64,000 bases of DNA from assembly GCA_965219965.1 (NCBI GenBank), contig OZ244796.1:391015-455014 (forward strand), written 5' to 3'. A program made the position numbers and the translations under genes. The stretch is from Parvibaculaceae bacterium. Lineage in GTDB: Bacteria > Pseudomonadota > Alphaproteobacteria > RS24. The notes beneath the pieces are model-generated. The model ran no database searches, was not told the DNA's origin, and saw only the letters and a program-made list of their open reading frames with translations. The stretch's first letter is position 1. The number at the start of each line of letters is the position of its first letter. This document shows, one piece after another, positions 43,824 to 54,046 of this stretch.

Positions 43824-43837
43824 AATGGTCAGTAGGG

Positions 43838-45355
43838 CTATTCGGTTTGTTCCGGCAGATATTCCTTTTTCGCCAAATTACCAAAACGGGTCAATTTAGC
43901 GTCAAAGGCCAACTCCACAACACTTATCGGGCCGTGTCGGTTCTTACCGATAATCAATTCCGCCTTGCCATGTATCTCGTCCATTTTCTCTTGCCATTTC
44001 AGATATTCTTCCGTGCCTTCTTCTGGCGACTGTTTGTTCAAATAATATTCGCCACGATAAATGAACATAACAATATCGGCATCTTGCTCAATGGAACCAG
44101 ACTCACGCAAATCTGAAAGCAAAGGACGTTTATCATCACGGCTTTCCACCTGACGTGAAAGTTGTGACAAAGCAATAACTGGCACATCTAATTCCTTGGC
44201 CAATGCTTTAAGCCCCTGGGTAATCATGCTAATTTCTTGCACCCGATTATCTGGTATCCGCCCTGTTGTGGCACGGATAAGCTGGAGATAATCTACCACA
44301 ATCATGCCCAAACCGTGTTGGCGTTTTAAACGTCGGGCGCGGGCGGCAAGCGTGGCTATGGGTATCGCACCCGTATGGTCAATATAAAGAGGCAGGGATT
44401 CAAGTTCCTTGGCCGTTTCATAAAGGCGGCCATATTCACCTTCATCAATACTACCTTTTCGAATTTCGCCCGATGAAATACCCGTTTGTTCAGCAATAAT
44501 TCTGGTTGCCAGTTGCTCACCTGCCATTTCCAGTGAGAAGAAACCAACCACCGCGCCGTCCTGAACAGTTTTGCGCCCATCTTCATCAATATTCACCCGG
44601 CCTTCACGTTCGGCTTGGGCATAATTTTTTGCCACGGTGAACGCGATATTTGTCGCCAAAGATGTTTTACCCATAGCTGGACGACCAGCAAGAATAATCA
44701 AATCACTTTTTTGAAAGCCACCTAAAATGGAATCAAGCTGGCTAAAGCCACTGGCCAGACCCGATAAATGCCCATCGCGTTTATAGGCACTTTCAGCCAT
44801 TTCAATTGCCGTGGCAATGTTTTCACCAAAATGGGTAAAGCCAGAACTATGCGTTCCCTTTTCGGCAATTTCATATAAAGCCTGCTCGGCATTTTCAATT
44901 TGTTGCTCGGGCGATTCATCAATTTCTGACTCAAAGGCAGTATTGACCATATCCTCGCCAAGATTGATAATTTCACGGCGAATAGCTAAATCATAAATGG
45001 TCTGGCCATATTGACGGGCATTGATAATAGTGGTGGCATTGCTGGCCAGCTTGGACAAATAAGCCGCCCCGCCAAGTTGGATAAGCCCTTCGTCATGCTC
45101 AAAATAGGTTTTCAGCGTGACTGGCGAAGCGGCCTGTCCGCTGGTGATGAATTTATGTGCTGTTTCATAAATCCGCCCGTGAACAGGGTCAAAGAAATGT
45201 CGTGCTTGAAGAAAATCAGCAACCCTATCCATCACATCATTATTGACCAGCAAAGCACCGAGCAATCCCTGTTCGGCTTCAATATTATGCGGCAGGGCGC
45301 GATAACCAGAATCTGCTTCTTCGGGGGTGGGGAGTTGTGTAATTTGCGGATCCAT
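43838..45355 (-). CDS. dnaB: Replicative DNA helicase
   Basis: 505-aa ORF. PHNIEAEQGLLGALL, Walker A GRPAMGKTS, VVDYLQL, SQLSRQVE. Confidence 0.96.
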   Translation of the reverse strand: MDPQITQLPTPEEADSGYRALPHNIEAEQGLLGALLVNNDVMDRVADFLQARHFFDPVHGRIYETAHKFITSGQAASPVTLKTYFEHDEGLIQLGGAAYLSKLASNATTIINARQYGQTIYDLAIRREIINLGEDMVNTAFESEIDESPEQQIENAEQALYEIAEKGTHSSGFTHFGENIATAIEMAESAYKRDGHLSGLASGFSQLDSILGGFQKSDLIILAGRPAMGKTSLATNIAFTVAKNYAQAEREGRVNIDEDGRKTVQDGAVVGFFSLEMAGEQLATRIIAEQTGISSGEIRKGSIDEGEYGRLYETAKELESLPLYIDHTGAIPIATLAARARRLKRQHGLGMIVVDYLQLIRATTGRIPDNRVQEISMITQGLKALAKELDVPVIALSQLSRQVESRDDKRPLLSDLRESGSIEQDADIVMFIYRGEYYLNKQSPEEGTEEYLKWQEKMDEIHGKAELIIGKNRHGPISVVELAFDAKLTRFGNLAKKEYLPEQTE

Positions 45356-45457
45356 GATGGACTATCAATAGCAGACCCGAACAAAAAGAAAATAAGCCGA
45401 TAGAAAAAATGCTGAAAAAATGCCGAAAAAATTTATGCCGACCTGTGGATAGCGGGG

Positions 45458-45487
45458 AAAAACCTAGCCCGTTCCGACGGGTTTAGG
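45458..45487 (-). terminator. Probable intrinsic terminator after rplI
   Basis: Minus strand reads CCTAAACCCGT-CGGA-ACGGGCTAGG followed by TTTTT. The stem contains one internal loop. The hairpin begins within the rplI stop codon. Confidence 0.55.
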
Positions 45488-46175
45488 CGTCTGGTTTTTC
45501 GTCTTCTTTTTTGTTTTCGTCTGGCGCGGCTTGGGTTTCTTCGTGAGGCGTGTCAGCTTCTTCTGTATCGGCTTCTTCTTCGGCTTTGACTCCTATTTCT
45601 TCGCTCTCCGTGTCATCTTCTAGATTAGTGGTAACGCCTTCTTCAAAAATTTCTTCTACGGCGATGGTTTCTTCCTCTTCCACTTTTTCAACCGTTACAT
45701 CTTCACCGCGTGCTTGGCGTTCGGCTTCATCTTGTGTGCGGGCAACATTGACACCCACCTCTGCGGTAACTTCTGGATGCAGGGTGATGATGATTTTGTG
45801 TACGCCCAATGCTTTAATAGGTGCTTCCAACGCGATTTGATTACGCGTGACAGCAAAGCCGTTTTTATCTAAAGAAGTGGCAATATCGCGGGTGCTGACC
45901 GAACCATAAAGCTGCCCCGTCTCGCCCGATTGGCGGATAATGACAAGGCTTTGGCCATCTAATTTTTCTTTCACTGCATCGGCTTCGGATTTTAATTTAA
46001 GGCTTTTGGCTTCCAGACGAGCGCGTTCTTTTTCAAACCGTTCTAGGTTTTCTTTATTGGCACGCAGGGCTTTACCTTCTGGCAATAGAAAATTGCGGGC
46101 ATAACCGTCTTTAACATTCACCACATCGCCCATTTGTCCCAATTTGGCAATGCGCTCAAGCAATACGACTTGCAT
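45483..46175 (-). CDS. rplI: 50S ribosomal protein L9 with long acidic C-terminal extension
   Basis: [33 protein letters not shown]-terminus. 230 aa, the last ~70 being Glu/Asp-rich. Confidence 0.93.
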   Translation of the reverse strand: MQVVLLERIAKLGQMGDVVNVKDGYARNFLLPEGKALRANKENLERFEKERARLEAKSLKLKSEADAVKEKLDGQSLVIIRQSGETGQLYGSVSTRDIATSLDKNGFAVTRNQIALEAPIKALGVHKIIITLHPEVTAEVGVNVARTQDEAERQARGEDVTVEKVEEEETIAVEEIFEEGVTTNLEDDTESEEIGVKAEEEADTEEADTPHEETQAAPDENKKEDEKPDA

Positions 46176-46201
46176 TTTATATTCTCCTTTTCACTTCCAG
46201 C

Positions 46202-47113
46202 CTATCTGCAAAATTTTTGCCGCAAACCCAAACGTGCCTCCAATAGGCCAATAATGCCGATTGGAAGAAAGGCCCATGGCACTAATAGCAGCACTAGATA
46301 AAGCAAGCTAAGACCCTGAAAGCGTAATTTCCATGGGCGGGAAATAGCATGAATAGCCGCCAGACCCAATAGAAAAAAGGCAAAGAATATGGATAAAATC
46401 CCGCTAAATAGCCATATTTGCACCCAGCCATGGGCTAAAAGAGCCGCTATAAGGGTAAGTGCAAACAATATCTCTAATTGAACAGGCAATTTTAGGTTGT
46501 GATAATCGGGGGAAGGGCGGCGGTTCAGACCGCATTTTTGGACTATAAATTGCGCCGCAAACATATTGGCAAGGTTAATGGCAACCCAGAAAAGCGTCAT
46601 CGTTATCAATGCTGTGTGAACCACCTCTTGCATCTGATCGGGCGACAATGGAATATTTGAAACTTTCCGAAACAAATTTATAACTTCCACATCATTAACA
46701 ATGACCCCAATCATATGGGCGGGCAATCCACCCGCTGTGGAAGCGAAAGGCAGATATATACATAGGCTACCGAATAAGCCGCCGCCAATCACCCAGTAAA
46801 TAATCCTTTCGGGCGGATAGTAGAAAACCTCACCAGAGGCCTCAGCTGTGCGATATTGCAGGGCTTTATAGCTCAAAAATAATGCTGGCAAGCTGAATAA
46901 GAGGGCATGGCTAATGGCTATTTGCGTGCCGCCGAGCATATTAATCAGCACAAAGGCTACCCCTATGGCACCGATTGTTGTGGTCAGGCCAAATGCCAGC
47001 GCGTTAATAAATAAAGCCAGTGGCCCAAAAAGAAGAAACAAAATCGGTAGGCACAAAAATGCCGTTACAATGCCAGTGATCAGACTGCTTAAAAGGAGCT
47101 TGTTTAGAGACAC
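46202..47113 (-). CDS. DUF2232-type polytopic membrane protein
   Basis: 303-aa hydrophobic ORF in the conserved alphaproteobacterial slot between rpsR and rplI. Confidence 0.65.
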   Translation of the reverse strand: MSLNKLLLSSLITGIVTAFLCLPILFLLFGPLALFINALAFGLTTTIGAIGVAFVLINMLGGTQIAISHALLFSLPALFLSYKALQYRTAEASGEVFYYPPERIIYWVIGGGLFGSLCIYLPFASTAGGLPAHMIGVIVNDVEVINLFRKVSNIPLSPDQMQEVVHTALITMTLFWVAINLANMFAAQFIVQKCGLNRRPSPDYHNLKLPVQLEILFALTLIAALLAHGWVQIWLFSGILSIFFAFFLLGLAAIHAISRPWKLRFQGLSLLYLVLLLVPWAFLPIGIIGLLEARLGLRQKFCR

Positions 47114-47116
47114 GAA

Positions 47117-47350
47117 TTATTCATTGGTATAGGGCATTAAAGCCAGAAAACGTGAGCGTTTAATGGCTTTGGCCAGTTCGCGTTGCTTGCTGGCCGAAAC
47201 GGCTGTAATGCGGCGCGGCACAATTTTGCCGCGTTCAGACACATAGCGTTGTAGCAAGCGGGTGTCTTTATAATCAATTTCCGGTGCCGCCGAACCAGAA
47301 AAGGGACAGGATTTTTTGCGGCGGTAAAAAGGTTTGCGGGCGGTGTTCAT
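47117..47350 (-). CDS. rpsR: 30S ribosomal protein S18
   Basis: 77-aa ORF. CPF...IDYKD...[11 protein letters not shown](V)PRRIT pattern. Confidence 0.95.
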   Translation of the reverse strand: MNTARKPFYRRKKSCPFSGSAAPEIDYKDTRLLQRYVSERGKIVPRRITAVSASKQRELAKAIKRSRFLALMPYTNE

Positions 47351-47856
47351 TCTTCTGTCTCCCCTTCATTGGTATTTTCGGACGTGTCTTCTAGTAGCTT
47401 TTCCGACATATCTTCTGGCACATCTTCTATGGGCGGGGCGTCCATATCATCAATAACTTCATCGGCTTCATCTTCTAGCTGTGCCGCCTCGCCTGCCGTA
47501 TGACGTCGGTCGCGGCGGTCATCACGGTCACGGCCTTTATTTTGCAAAGGTGGGGAGTCTTCCATATCATGCTCATCAACGCGCAAGGTTAAAAAGCGCA
47601 AAACATCATCATTCAAACCCATTTGCCGTTCCATTTCAGCCACCGCCGTATGCGGGGCGTTAATGTTAAGCAGTGAATAATGCCCTTTGCGATTTTTTTT
47701 CACGCGATAGGCAAGATTACGCAAACCCCAATATTCAGTTTTGGCCACGCGGCCACCATTATCACCAAGAATGGCGGTGAATTGTTCCGTCAGCTCCTCA
47801 ACTTGTTGTTGAGAAATATCCTGACGGCAAATAAAAACATGCTCGTAAAGTGCCAT
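47347..47856 (-). CDS. rpsF: 30S ribosomal protein S6 with acidic C-terminal extension
   Basis: MALYEHVFI...[14 protein letters not shown] core. 169 aa with a Glu/Asp-rich tail. Overlaps the rpsR start. Confidence 0.94.
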   Translation of the reverse strand: MALYEHVFICRQDISQQQVEELTEQFTAILGDNGGRVAKTEYWGLRNLAYRVKKNRKGHYSLLNINAPHTAVAEMERQMGLNDDVLRFLTLRVDEHDMEDSPPLQNKGRDRDDRRDRRHTAGEAAQLEDEADEVIDDMDAPPIEDVPEDMSEKLLEDTSENTNEGETEE

Positions 47857-47945
47857 GTTGCTTTCCTCTCATTTTTACGTTGCCTTCATTCGGCGCAGAG
47901 CCTCCAGCAAGCCCCTGTCACAAACCCTTAAAGGGGGAGGAAAGG
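47857..47945 (-). promoter_or_regulatory. Candidate rpsF 5' leader with an anti-Shine-Dalgarno pairing
   Basis: On the minus-strand transcript, CUUUCCUC (plus coordinates 47937-47944) is perfectly complementary to GAGGAAAG (47861-47868). The latter is the SD region 4 nt before the rpsF ATG. Confidence 0.4.
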
Positions 47946-48106
47946 CCTACAGGAATACAAGAGTGGGAACAAGGGAATAGGTTACGCCATTCCTTTCAGC
48001 TCCCAGCCGAACGTTTTTAACAGCACGGGTTTTATACTGAATGAAAAGGCTTGGCAAGTCTTTGTGGGGCTGTACACTGAGCCAAATTGAGAATCAGGGG
48101 GACGGC

Positions 48107-49045
48107 ATGAACCAAGCATTTACATTTCCCGGGCAGGGCAGTCAGTCAATGGGCATGGGCAAGGCTTTGGCCAATAAATTCCCCACCGCGCAGGCTGTTT
48201 TTGACGAGGTGGATGACGCTTTAGGGCAGAAATTATCCGCCATAATGTGGGATGGGCCAGAAGAGGATTTAACCTTAACCGAAAACGCCCAACCAGCACT
48301 TATGGCCGTTTCTATGGCCGTAATGCGGATTTTGGAAGAAGGCGGCTTTGTGCTGGCCGACCGCGTTTCCCATATTGCGGGGCATAGTCTTGGTGAATAT
48401 ACCGCCTTAGCGGCGGCGGGCAGTTTTAGCTTATCAGATGCGGCGCGTTTGCTGAAAATTCGCGGCCAAGCCATGCAAAAAGCCGTGCCAGTTGGGCAAG
48501 GCGGAATGGCGGCGATTTTGGCCTTGGATTTTGACACAGTAAGTGATATTGCCGCTCAAGCCGCCATGGATGCAGAAATTTGTAGTGTGGCCAATGATAA
48601 TGCGCCTGGGCAAATTGTTATTTCTGGCACGGCTGAGGCGGTAAAACGTGCCTGCACATTGGCTAAGGAAAAAGGTGCTAAACGCGCAGTGCCATTGCCC
48701 GTGAGCGCACCTTTTCACTGCTCCCTCATGGCACCAGCGGCTGAAACCATGGCCGCGGCTTTGGCTGATGTCACAATTAACCCACCTGTTGTGCCATTGG
48801 TTGCGAATGTCACTGCCGCGCCGACCAGTAATCCAGATGAGATATGTACACAGCTTGTTGCGCAGGTAACGGGGCTAGTGCGCTGGCGCGAGTCGGTGGC
48901 ATGGCTCGGCACGCAAAGGGTGACAGATCTGGCCGAATTGGGCGCAGGTAAGGTTTTAACCGGCCTAGCGCGGCGAATCAGCCCTGATATGAATACAATC
49001 ACGCTTAACACAGCAGAAGATATTGCCGCTTTTTTGGCATCATAA
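48107..49045 (+). CDS. fabD: Malonyl-CoA:ACP transacylase
   Basis: ORF 48041-49045. ATG 48107 (MNQAFTFPGQGSQ) follows AGGGGGA. Active-site GHSLGEY. Confidence 0.95.
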   Translation: MNQAFTFPGQGSQSMGMGKALANKFPTAQAVFDEVDDALGQKLSAIMWDGPEEDLTLTENAQPALMAVSMAVMRILEEGGFVLADRVSHIAGHSLGEYTALAAAGSFSLSDAARLLKIRGQAMQKAVPVGQGGMAAILALDFDTVSDIAAQAAMDAEICSVANDNAPGQIVISGTAEAVKRACTLAKEKGAKRAVPLPVSAPFHCSLMAPAAETMAAALADVTINPPVVPLVANVTAAPTSNPDEICTQLVAQVTGLVRWRESVAWLGTQRVTDLAELGAGKVLTGLARRISPDMNTITLNTAEDIAAFLAS

Positions 49046-49055
49046 AGGAGAAAAA

Positions 49056-49793
49056 ATGTTTGATTTAAGTGGAAAAACAGCGCTTGTCACGGGCGCTTCG
49101 GGCGGTATTGGACAAGATATAGCCCGCATCTTGCATGGGGCAGGGGCGAAAATTGGCCTTGCTGGCACACGCAAGGCGGTTTTGCAGGAACTGGCCAAAG
49201 CACTGGGCGATGGGGCGATGGCTTTGGTTGCTGATTTATCTGCGCCCGATGGTGCCGACAAACTTATGCAAGCAGCCGATGAGGCTTTGGGCGGGGTGGA
49301 TATTTTAGTTAATAATGCGGGTATTACCCGCGATAATCTCGCCCTTCGTATGAAGGATGAAGATTGGGATGCGGTGATGGAAGTGAATCTGAAATCTGCC
49401 TTTCGGTTGTCACGCGCCTGTTTGCGCGGCATGATGAAACGCCGCCATGGGCGTATTATTAGCATTGGCTCAGTGGTGGGTAGCATGGGTAATCCGGGTC
49501 AAGCTAATTATGCCGCCGCCAAAGCTGGCATGGTCGGCATGAGCAAAGCACTAGCACAAGAAGTTGCTACACGCGGTGTGACGGTTAATTGTGTCGCTCC
49601 TGGTTTTATTGCCACACCCATGACGGACGTGCTACCAGATGAGCAGAAAGCAACCCTAACCGCTACTATTCCCGCTGGCAAGCTCGGCACAGGTGATGAT
49701 ATTGGCGCGGCTGTGCTTTATCTGGCTAGCGATGAGGCCGCTTATGTCACGGGTCAAACCGTGCATGTTAATGGCGGGATGGCGATGCTATAG
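49056..49793 (+). CDS. fabG: 3-oxoacyl-ACP reductase
   Basis: ORF 49023-49793. ATG 49056 follows AAGGAG. TGASGGIG, NNAG, YAAAKAG, HVNGGM. Confidence 0.95.
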   Translation: MFDLSGKTALVTGASGGIGQDIARILHGAGAKIGLAGTRKAVLQELAKALGDGAMALVADLSAPDGADKLMQAADEALGGVDILVNNAGITRDNLALRMKDEDWDAVMEVNLKSAFRLSRACLRGMMKRRHGRIISIGSVVGSMGNPGQANYAAAKAGMVGMSKALAQEVATRGVTVNCVAPGFIATPMTDVLPDEQKATLTATIPAGKLGTGDDIGAAVLYLASDEAAYVTGQTVHVNGGMAML

Positions 49794-49917
49794 GCTCTGT
49801 GCTGGACAATGTAGGCAAATGGTGATAATAGCCCAAAGGAACCTCGAGAGGGGTTTCGTGGGCAAAACAGCCCATCAAACAGGATAAAGATTAGGGAAAT
49901 AAGATAGGGATATAACA

Positions 49918-50151
49918 ATGAGCGATATTGCAGCACGCGTACAAAAAATCGTGGTAGAAAACCTCGGTGTTGAAGCCGATAAGGTGACAGAGGCCGCCAG
50001 TTTTATTGATGACCTCGGTGCCGATAGCCTAGACACTGTTGAGTTGGTTATGGCGTTTGAAGAAGAGTTTGATGTTGAAATTCCAGATGACGCGGCGGAA
50101 AATATTTTGACGGTTGCCGACGCTATCAAATTTATCTCAGACGCATCCTAA
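49918..50151 (+). CDS. acpP: Acyl carrier protein
   Basis: 77-aa [23 protein letters not shown] with the phosphopantetheine-attachment Ser. Confidence 0.97.
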   Translation: MSDIAARVQKIVVENLGVEADKVTEAASFIDDLGADSLDTVELVMAFEEEFDVEIPDDAAENILTVADAIKFISDAS

Positions 50152-50227
50152 TTTTTCAAAACCGCAACAGGTCTTCAAGGTGCCATTCGGCTCTGTCTAG
50201 CTTGGCTTTCGAAGAGATGTGGGTGAT

Positions 50228-51484
50228 ATGAGACGGGCAGTTATTACAGGCATTGGTTCGGTTAATCCGCTCGGTGCGACGGCTGAACAAAGCTGGCAAA
50301 ATCTCATTGCTGGCCAGTCGTCGGTACGCAAAATTACAAAATTTGATACTTCCGATTTGCCTAGCCGCATTGCTTGTGAAGTTCCACGCGGCGAAGGCGG
50401 CTTTGTTGCCGATGATTGGGTTTCACCCAAAGAGCAAAGGCGCATGGATGAATTTATCCTTTTAGGCATGGTCGCGGCTGATATGGCCATTGAAGATTCA
50501 GGCTATAAGGCTGAAACAGATGAACAAAAATGCCGCACGGGCGTTGCGATTGGTTCGGGTATTGGTGGACTGCCTTCCATTGAACAAAACACTATGGTGC
50601 TATACGGCGAAGGTGGGGCGCGTAAGGTTAGCCCATTTTTTATTCCAGGTGCTTTGATAAATTTGGTTTCTGGTCAAGTTTCCATCCGCCACGGCTTTAA
50701 AGGCCCTAATCATTCAGTTGTCACGGCTTGTGCGACGGGTGCCCATGCCATTGGCGATGCAGCGCATATGGTGATACGTGATGATGCCGATGTGATGATT
50801 GCGGGCGGCTCGGAATCAGTCATTAATCGGCTATGCGTGGCTGGTTTTAGTGCCTGCCGTGCGCTATCCACCAATTTTAATGACACACCAGAAAAAGCAT
50901 CGCGCCCCTATGATAAAGACCGTGATGGTTTTGTGGTCGGCGAAGGTGCAGGGATTGTCGTGATTGAAGAATATGAACATGCCAAGGTGCGTGGGGCAAA
51001 AATATATGCCGAAATTGCTGGTTATGGCATGTCGGGTGATGCGCATCATATTACGTCACCCGCCGAAGATGGCAATGGCGGCGAACGCGCCATGCGGGCG
51101 GCGTTAAAGCACGGGCGTCTTAATGCTGAGGATATTGGTTATATTAACGCGCATGGCACATCTACCCCTCTAGGCGATGAAATTGAGCTTAAAGCAGTGG
51201 AGCGGCTTTTTGGTAGCCAATGCGATGGGCTGGCTATGTCATCTACCAAATCGGCCATTGGCCATTTGCTCGGCGCGGCGGGCGCGGTGGAAGCGGTGTT
51301 TTCTCTGCTGGTTTTGCGTGACGGCATTTTGCCGCCAACCCTTAATTTAGACAATCCGTCTGTGGAAACGGCGATTGATTTAATCCCGCATAAAGCCAAG
51401 GAAAAGAAAGTTTCCGCCGTGCTGTCCAATTCTTTCGGCTTTGGTGGCACTAATGCTTCACTTTTATTTAAGACGGTTGCGTGA
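50228..51484 (+). CDS. fabF: 3-oxoacyl-ACP synthase II
   Basis: ORF track 50219-51484 (GTG). ATG 50228 gives MRRAVITGIG. Active-site ACATG, HGTSTP, NSFGFGGTN. Confidence 0.95.
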   Translation: MRRAVITGIGSVNPLGATAEQSWQNLIAGQSSVRKITKFDTSDLPSRIACEVPRGEGGFVADDWVSPKEQRRMDEFILLGMVAADMAIEDSGYKAETDEQKCRTGVAIGSGIGGLPSIEQNTMVLYGEGGARKVSPFFIPGALINLVSGQVSIRHGFKGPNHSVVTACATGAHAIGDAAHMVIRDDADVMIAGGSESVINRLCVAGFSACRALSTNFNDTPEKASRPYDKDRDGFVVGEGAGIVVIEEYEHAKVRGAKIYAEIAGYGMSGDAHHITSPAEDGNGGERAMRAALKHGRLNAEDIGYINAHGTSTPLGDEIELKAVERLFGSQCDGLAMSSTKSAIGHLLGAAGAVEAVFSLLVLRDGILPPTLNLDNPSVETAIDLIPHKAKEKKVSAVLSNSFGFGGTNASLLFKTVA

Positions 51485-52478
51485 ATTGGCCATATATGGC
51501 TTGACGCATAAAACTGTGCGCTATTTGGCGTTGGCACTGGGGCTGTGCGGCGTGGCTTTATGTGCTGTGTTGCTTTATTTGGCTATAGCTTTTTACACCT
51601 CTTACGCTTCAAACGCACATCATGTGCGGTTGATTTTGCCCAAAGGCGCACCCTTGCCGAAAATTGCTGGCCAGTTAGAAGCGCAAAATGTGATTTCCAA
51701 TGCGCTGGTATTTCGCCTCGGTGTGAAACTGAACGGGCAGGCACAAAAATTGCAAGCGGGTGAATATGAAATTCCCGCCAGTAGCTCCATGTATGATGTG
51801 ATGCAACTTTTAGTGTCGGGTAAAATTTTGCTGCACGCTATTACCATTCCCGAAGGGCTAACCGTACAGCAAATTACCAGCCTGCTTGAAAATAATATTT
51901 TGCTTAGCGGGGCGTTTGACTCTGTACCAGAAGAAGGCCATTGGTTGCCCGAAACTTACAAAGTACGCCGTGGAATGGTGCGTGCGGATTTGGCTAAAAT
52001 AATGAAAGCGGCCATGCAGGAAACGCTGGCTGTTTTATGGGCAGAGCGCATACCCCATCCGCATATCACCACGCCGCGTGAGGCGGTGATATTGGCATCT
52101 ATTGTAGAAAAGGAAACGGGGCTGGCCGGTGAACGTCCTTTAGTGGCGGCGGTATTTCTCAATCGATTAAGCCAAAATATGCGTCTGCAATCTGATCCAA
52201 CCATTATTTACGGGCTGGTGGGTGGCAAAGGCACATTAGGCCGTCCCATAAGGCGCAGTGAAATCCGCAAAGCCACACCTTATAACACCTATATGATTGA
52301 TGGGTTGCCGCCCACGGCTATTGCTAATCCTGGGCAGGCATCGCTGGAAGCTGTGCTACGCCCGATAAAAAGCGAATATTTATATTTTGTCGCCGATGGA
52401 GCGGGTGGGCATGTTTTTGCTAAAACACTGGAGGCACATAATGAAAATGTCAAAAAATGGCGTAAAATCAAACCATAA
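51441..52478 (+). CDS. mltG: Endolytic murein transglycosylase MltG (YceG-like)
   Basis: TM anchor then a YceG domain (IPEG.T..QI, ASIVEKET, LQSDPT..YG, YNTY...GLPP.PI.NPG). The start is uncertain. The ORF-track ATG 51441 overlaps fabF by 44 nt. In-frame TTG 51486, TTG 51501 or GTG 51516 are alternatives. Confidence 0.85.
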   Translation: MVALMLHFYLRRLRELAIYGLTHKTVRYLALALGLCGVALCAVLLYLAIAFYTSYASNAHHVRLILPKGAPLPKIAGQLEAQNVISNALVFRLGVKLNGQAQKLQAGEYEIPASSSMYDVMQLLVSGKILLHAITIPEGLTVQQITSLLENNILLSGAFDSVPEEGHWLPETYKVRRGMVRADLAKIMKAAMQETLAVLWAERIPHPHITTPREAVILASIVEKETGLAGERPLVAAVFLNRLSQNMRLQSDPTIIYGLVGGKGTLGRPIRRSEIRKATPYNTYMIDGLPPTAIANPGQASLEAVLRPIKSEYLYFVADGAGGHVFAKTLEAHNENVKKWRKIKP

Positions 52479-52530
52479 TTTGAACATCAAATGGGCTATA
52501 ATGAGCTTCGATTTTGATTCTTAAAGCAAG

Positions 52531-53196
52531 ATGCAAATGGCCGTAAAAATAAACACAAATATTCATGAGAATATTCAAAGGCGCGGGCTTATGCTGGTTT
52601 TATCCTCGCCTTCTGGTGCGGGCAAAACAACCATTAGCCGCCGCTTGCTGGATAGTGACGCTATGCTGAATATGTCCATTTCCGCCACGACGCGCACACC
52701 GCGCCCTAGCGAAACAAATGGGGTGGATTATCATTTTGTCAACCATAAGGATTTTGGCCAAATGCGTGATGATAATAAATTGCTGGAATATGCCAAAGTG
52801 TTTGACAATTATTACGGCACGCCGCGCCAGCCAGTTGAAGATGCATTGCGTGCTGGCCGTGATGTGTTGTTTGATATTGACTGGCAAGGCACGCAACAAC
52901 TTCAAGAAGCCGCCGCTGATGATTTGGTACGGGTTTTTATTTTACCACCCTCGTCGGGGGAGTTGGAAAAGCGTTTAACTGCACGCGCACAAGATTCAGC
53001 AGAAATTGTTGCCGACCGAATGGGCAAAGCTTCTGATGAAATTAGCCATTATGCGGAGTATGATTATATTATCGTCAATGAAAATGCCGATGAGAGCGTA
53101 GCGCATGTGCAGGCAATTTTGCAGGCCGAAAGGCTCAAGCGTATTCGCCAAACGGGGTTGTCAGATTTTGTCACACGCCTTCGCGCAAGTCTCTGA
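52531..53196 (+). CDS. gmk: Guanylate kinase
   Basis: LSSPSGAGKTT P-loop, SATTRTPRP.E..G.DYHF, YGT. Start at 52531 or 52537. Confidence 0.93.
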   Translation: MQMAVKINTNIHENIQRRGLMLVLSSPSGAGKTTISRRLLDSDAMLNMSISATTRTPRPSETNGVDYHFVNHKDFGQMRDDNKLLEYAKVFDNYYGTPRQPVEDALRAGRDVLFDIDWQGTQQLQEAAADDLVRVFILPPSSGELEKRLTARAQDSAEIVADRMGKASDEISHYAEYDYIIVNENADESVAHVQAILQAERLKRIRQTGLSDFVTRLRASL

Positions 53197-53206
53197 TTTA
53201 TAAACA

Positions 53207-54046
53207 TTATTGTGCTTCTAGCAAGCGTGCTAGGGCGCAAAAATCTTGGATTGAAAGCGTTTCAGCTCGCGCTGTTTCATCAATGCCTGCATGGCGTAGA
53301 ATATCTTGCGGCTGAGGAAAAATTTGTTTCAAACTGGCACGGAGCATTTTGCGCCTTTGGCCAAAGGCGGCCGCTGTAACTTTTTCCAACATTTCCAATT
53401 GTGCCTCAGCTAAAGGTGCTGGGCGTGGACGAAGTTGTATCACGGTTGAAGTGATTTTTGGCGGCGGCATAAAAATATCTGGTGGGACATCAAATAAAAT
53501 GCGCGTTTCAGCCAACCAATGCGCTAAAACACTCAAGCGGCCATAATCTTTATTCCCCGCGCTGGCGCAAATACGCCGTGCCACTTCTTTTTGGAACATT
53601 AAAGTAAGGCTTTCCCATTGCAGTGGGCTTTGGTGTAACCATGATAAAAGCAAAGCTGTGCCGATATTATAAGGCAAATTAGAGACAATTTTATATGGTT
53701 CCTTAGTGAGCATTTCGGGCGGGGTGGCCAATGCATCGGCGCAAATAATATCTAACCGATTGGGGTAGACGGCGCATATATCTTCCAATATAGGCAGGAA
53801 ACGCTTATCGGCTTCAATGGCAATGACTTTTTGCGCTCCTTCCATTAATAGCCCACGTGTCAGCCCACCTGGCCCGGAGCCAATTTCAATAATCGGGTGC
53901 GTGTCTAAAGGGACGGCTTGGCGGGCAATGCGGCGGGTGATGTTCAAATCAAAAATAAAATTCTGCCCAAGGCTTTGTCGTGCCCATAAATTATGCGCTT
54001 TTAACACATCGCCTATAGGGGGTAGAGCATCGCCCTCAGCGGTCAT
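53207..54046 (-). CDS. rsmA: 16S rRNA (adenine1518/1519-N6)-dimethyltransferase
   Basis: 279-aa ORF. LGQNFI, EIGSGPGGLT, SNLPYNI motifs. Confidence 0.94.
   Translation of the reverse strand: MTAEGDALPPIGDVLKAHNLWARQSLGQNFIFDLNITRRIARQAVPLDTHPIIEIGSGPGGLTRGLLMEGAQKVIAIEADKRFLPILEDICAVYPNRLDIICADALATPPEMLTKEPYKIVSNLPYNIGTALLLSWLHQSPLQWESLTLMFQKEVARRICASAGNKDYGRLSVLAHWLAETRILFDVPPDIFMPPPKITSTVIQLRPRPAPLAEAQLEMLEKVTAAAFGQRRKMLRASLKQIFPQPQDILRHAGIDETARAETLSIQDFCALARLLEAQ

Noticed and set aside
45444-45452. TGTGGATAG, a near-consensus DnaA box between rplI and dnaB.
   Set aside because: It is a single 8-of-9 match with no cluster of boxes, no AT-rich unwinding element and no origin-linked genes. 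It is expected by chance at this stringency.
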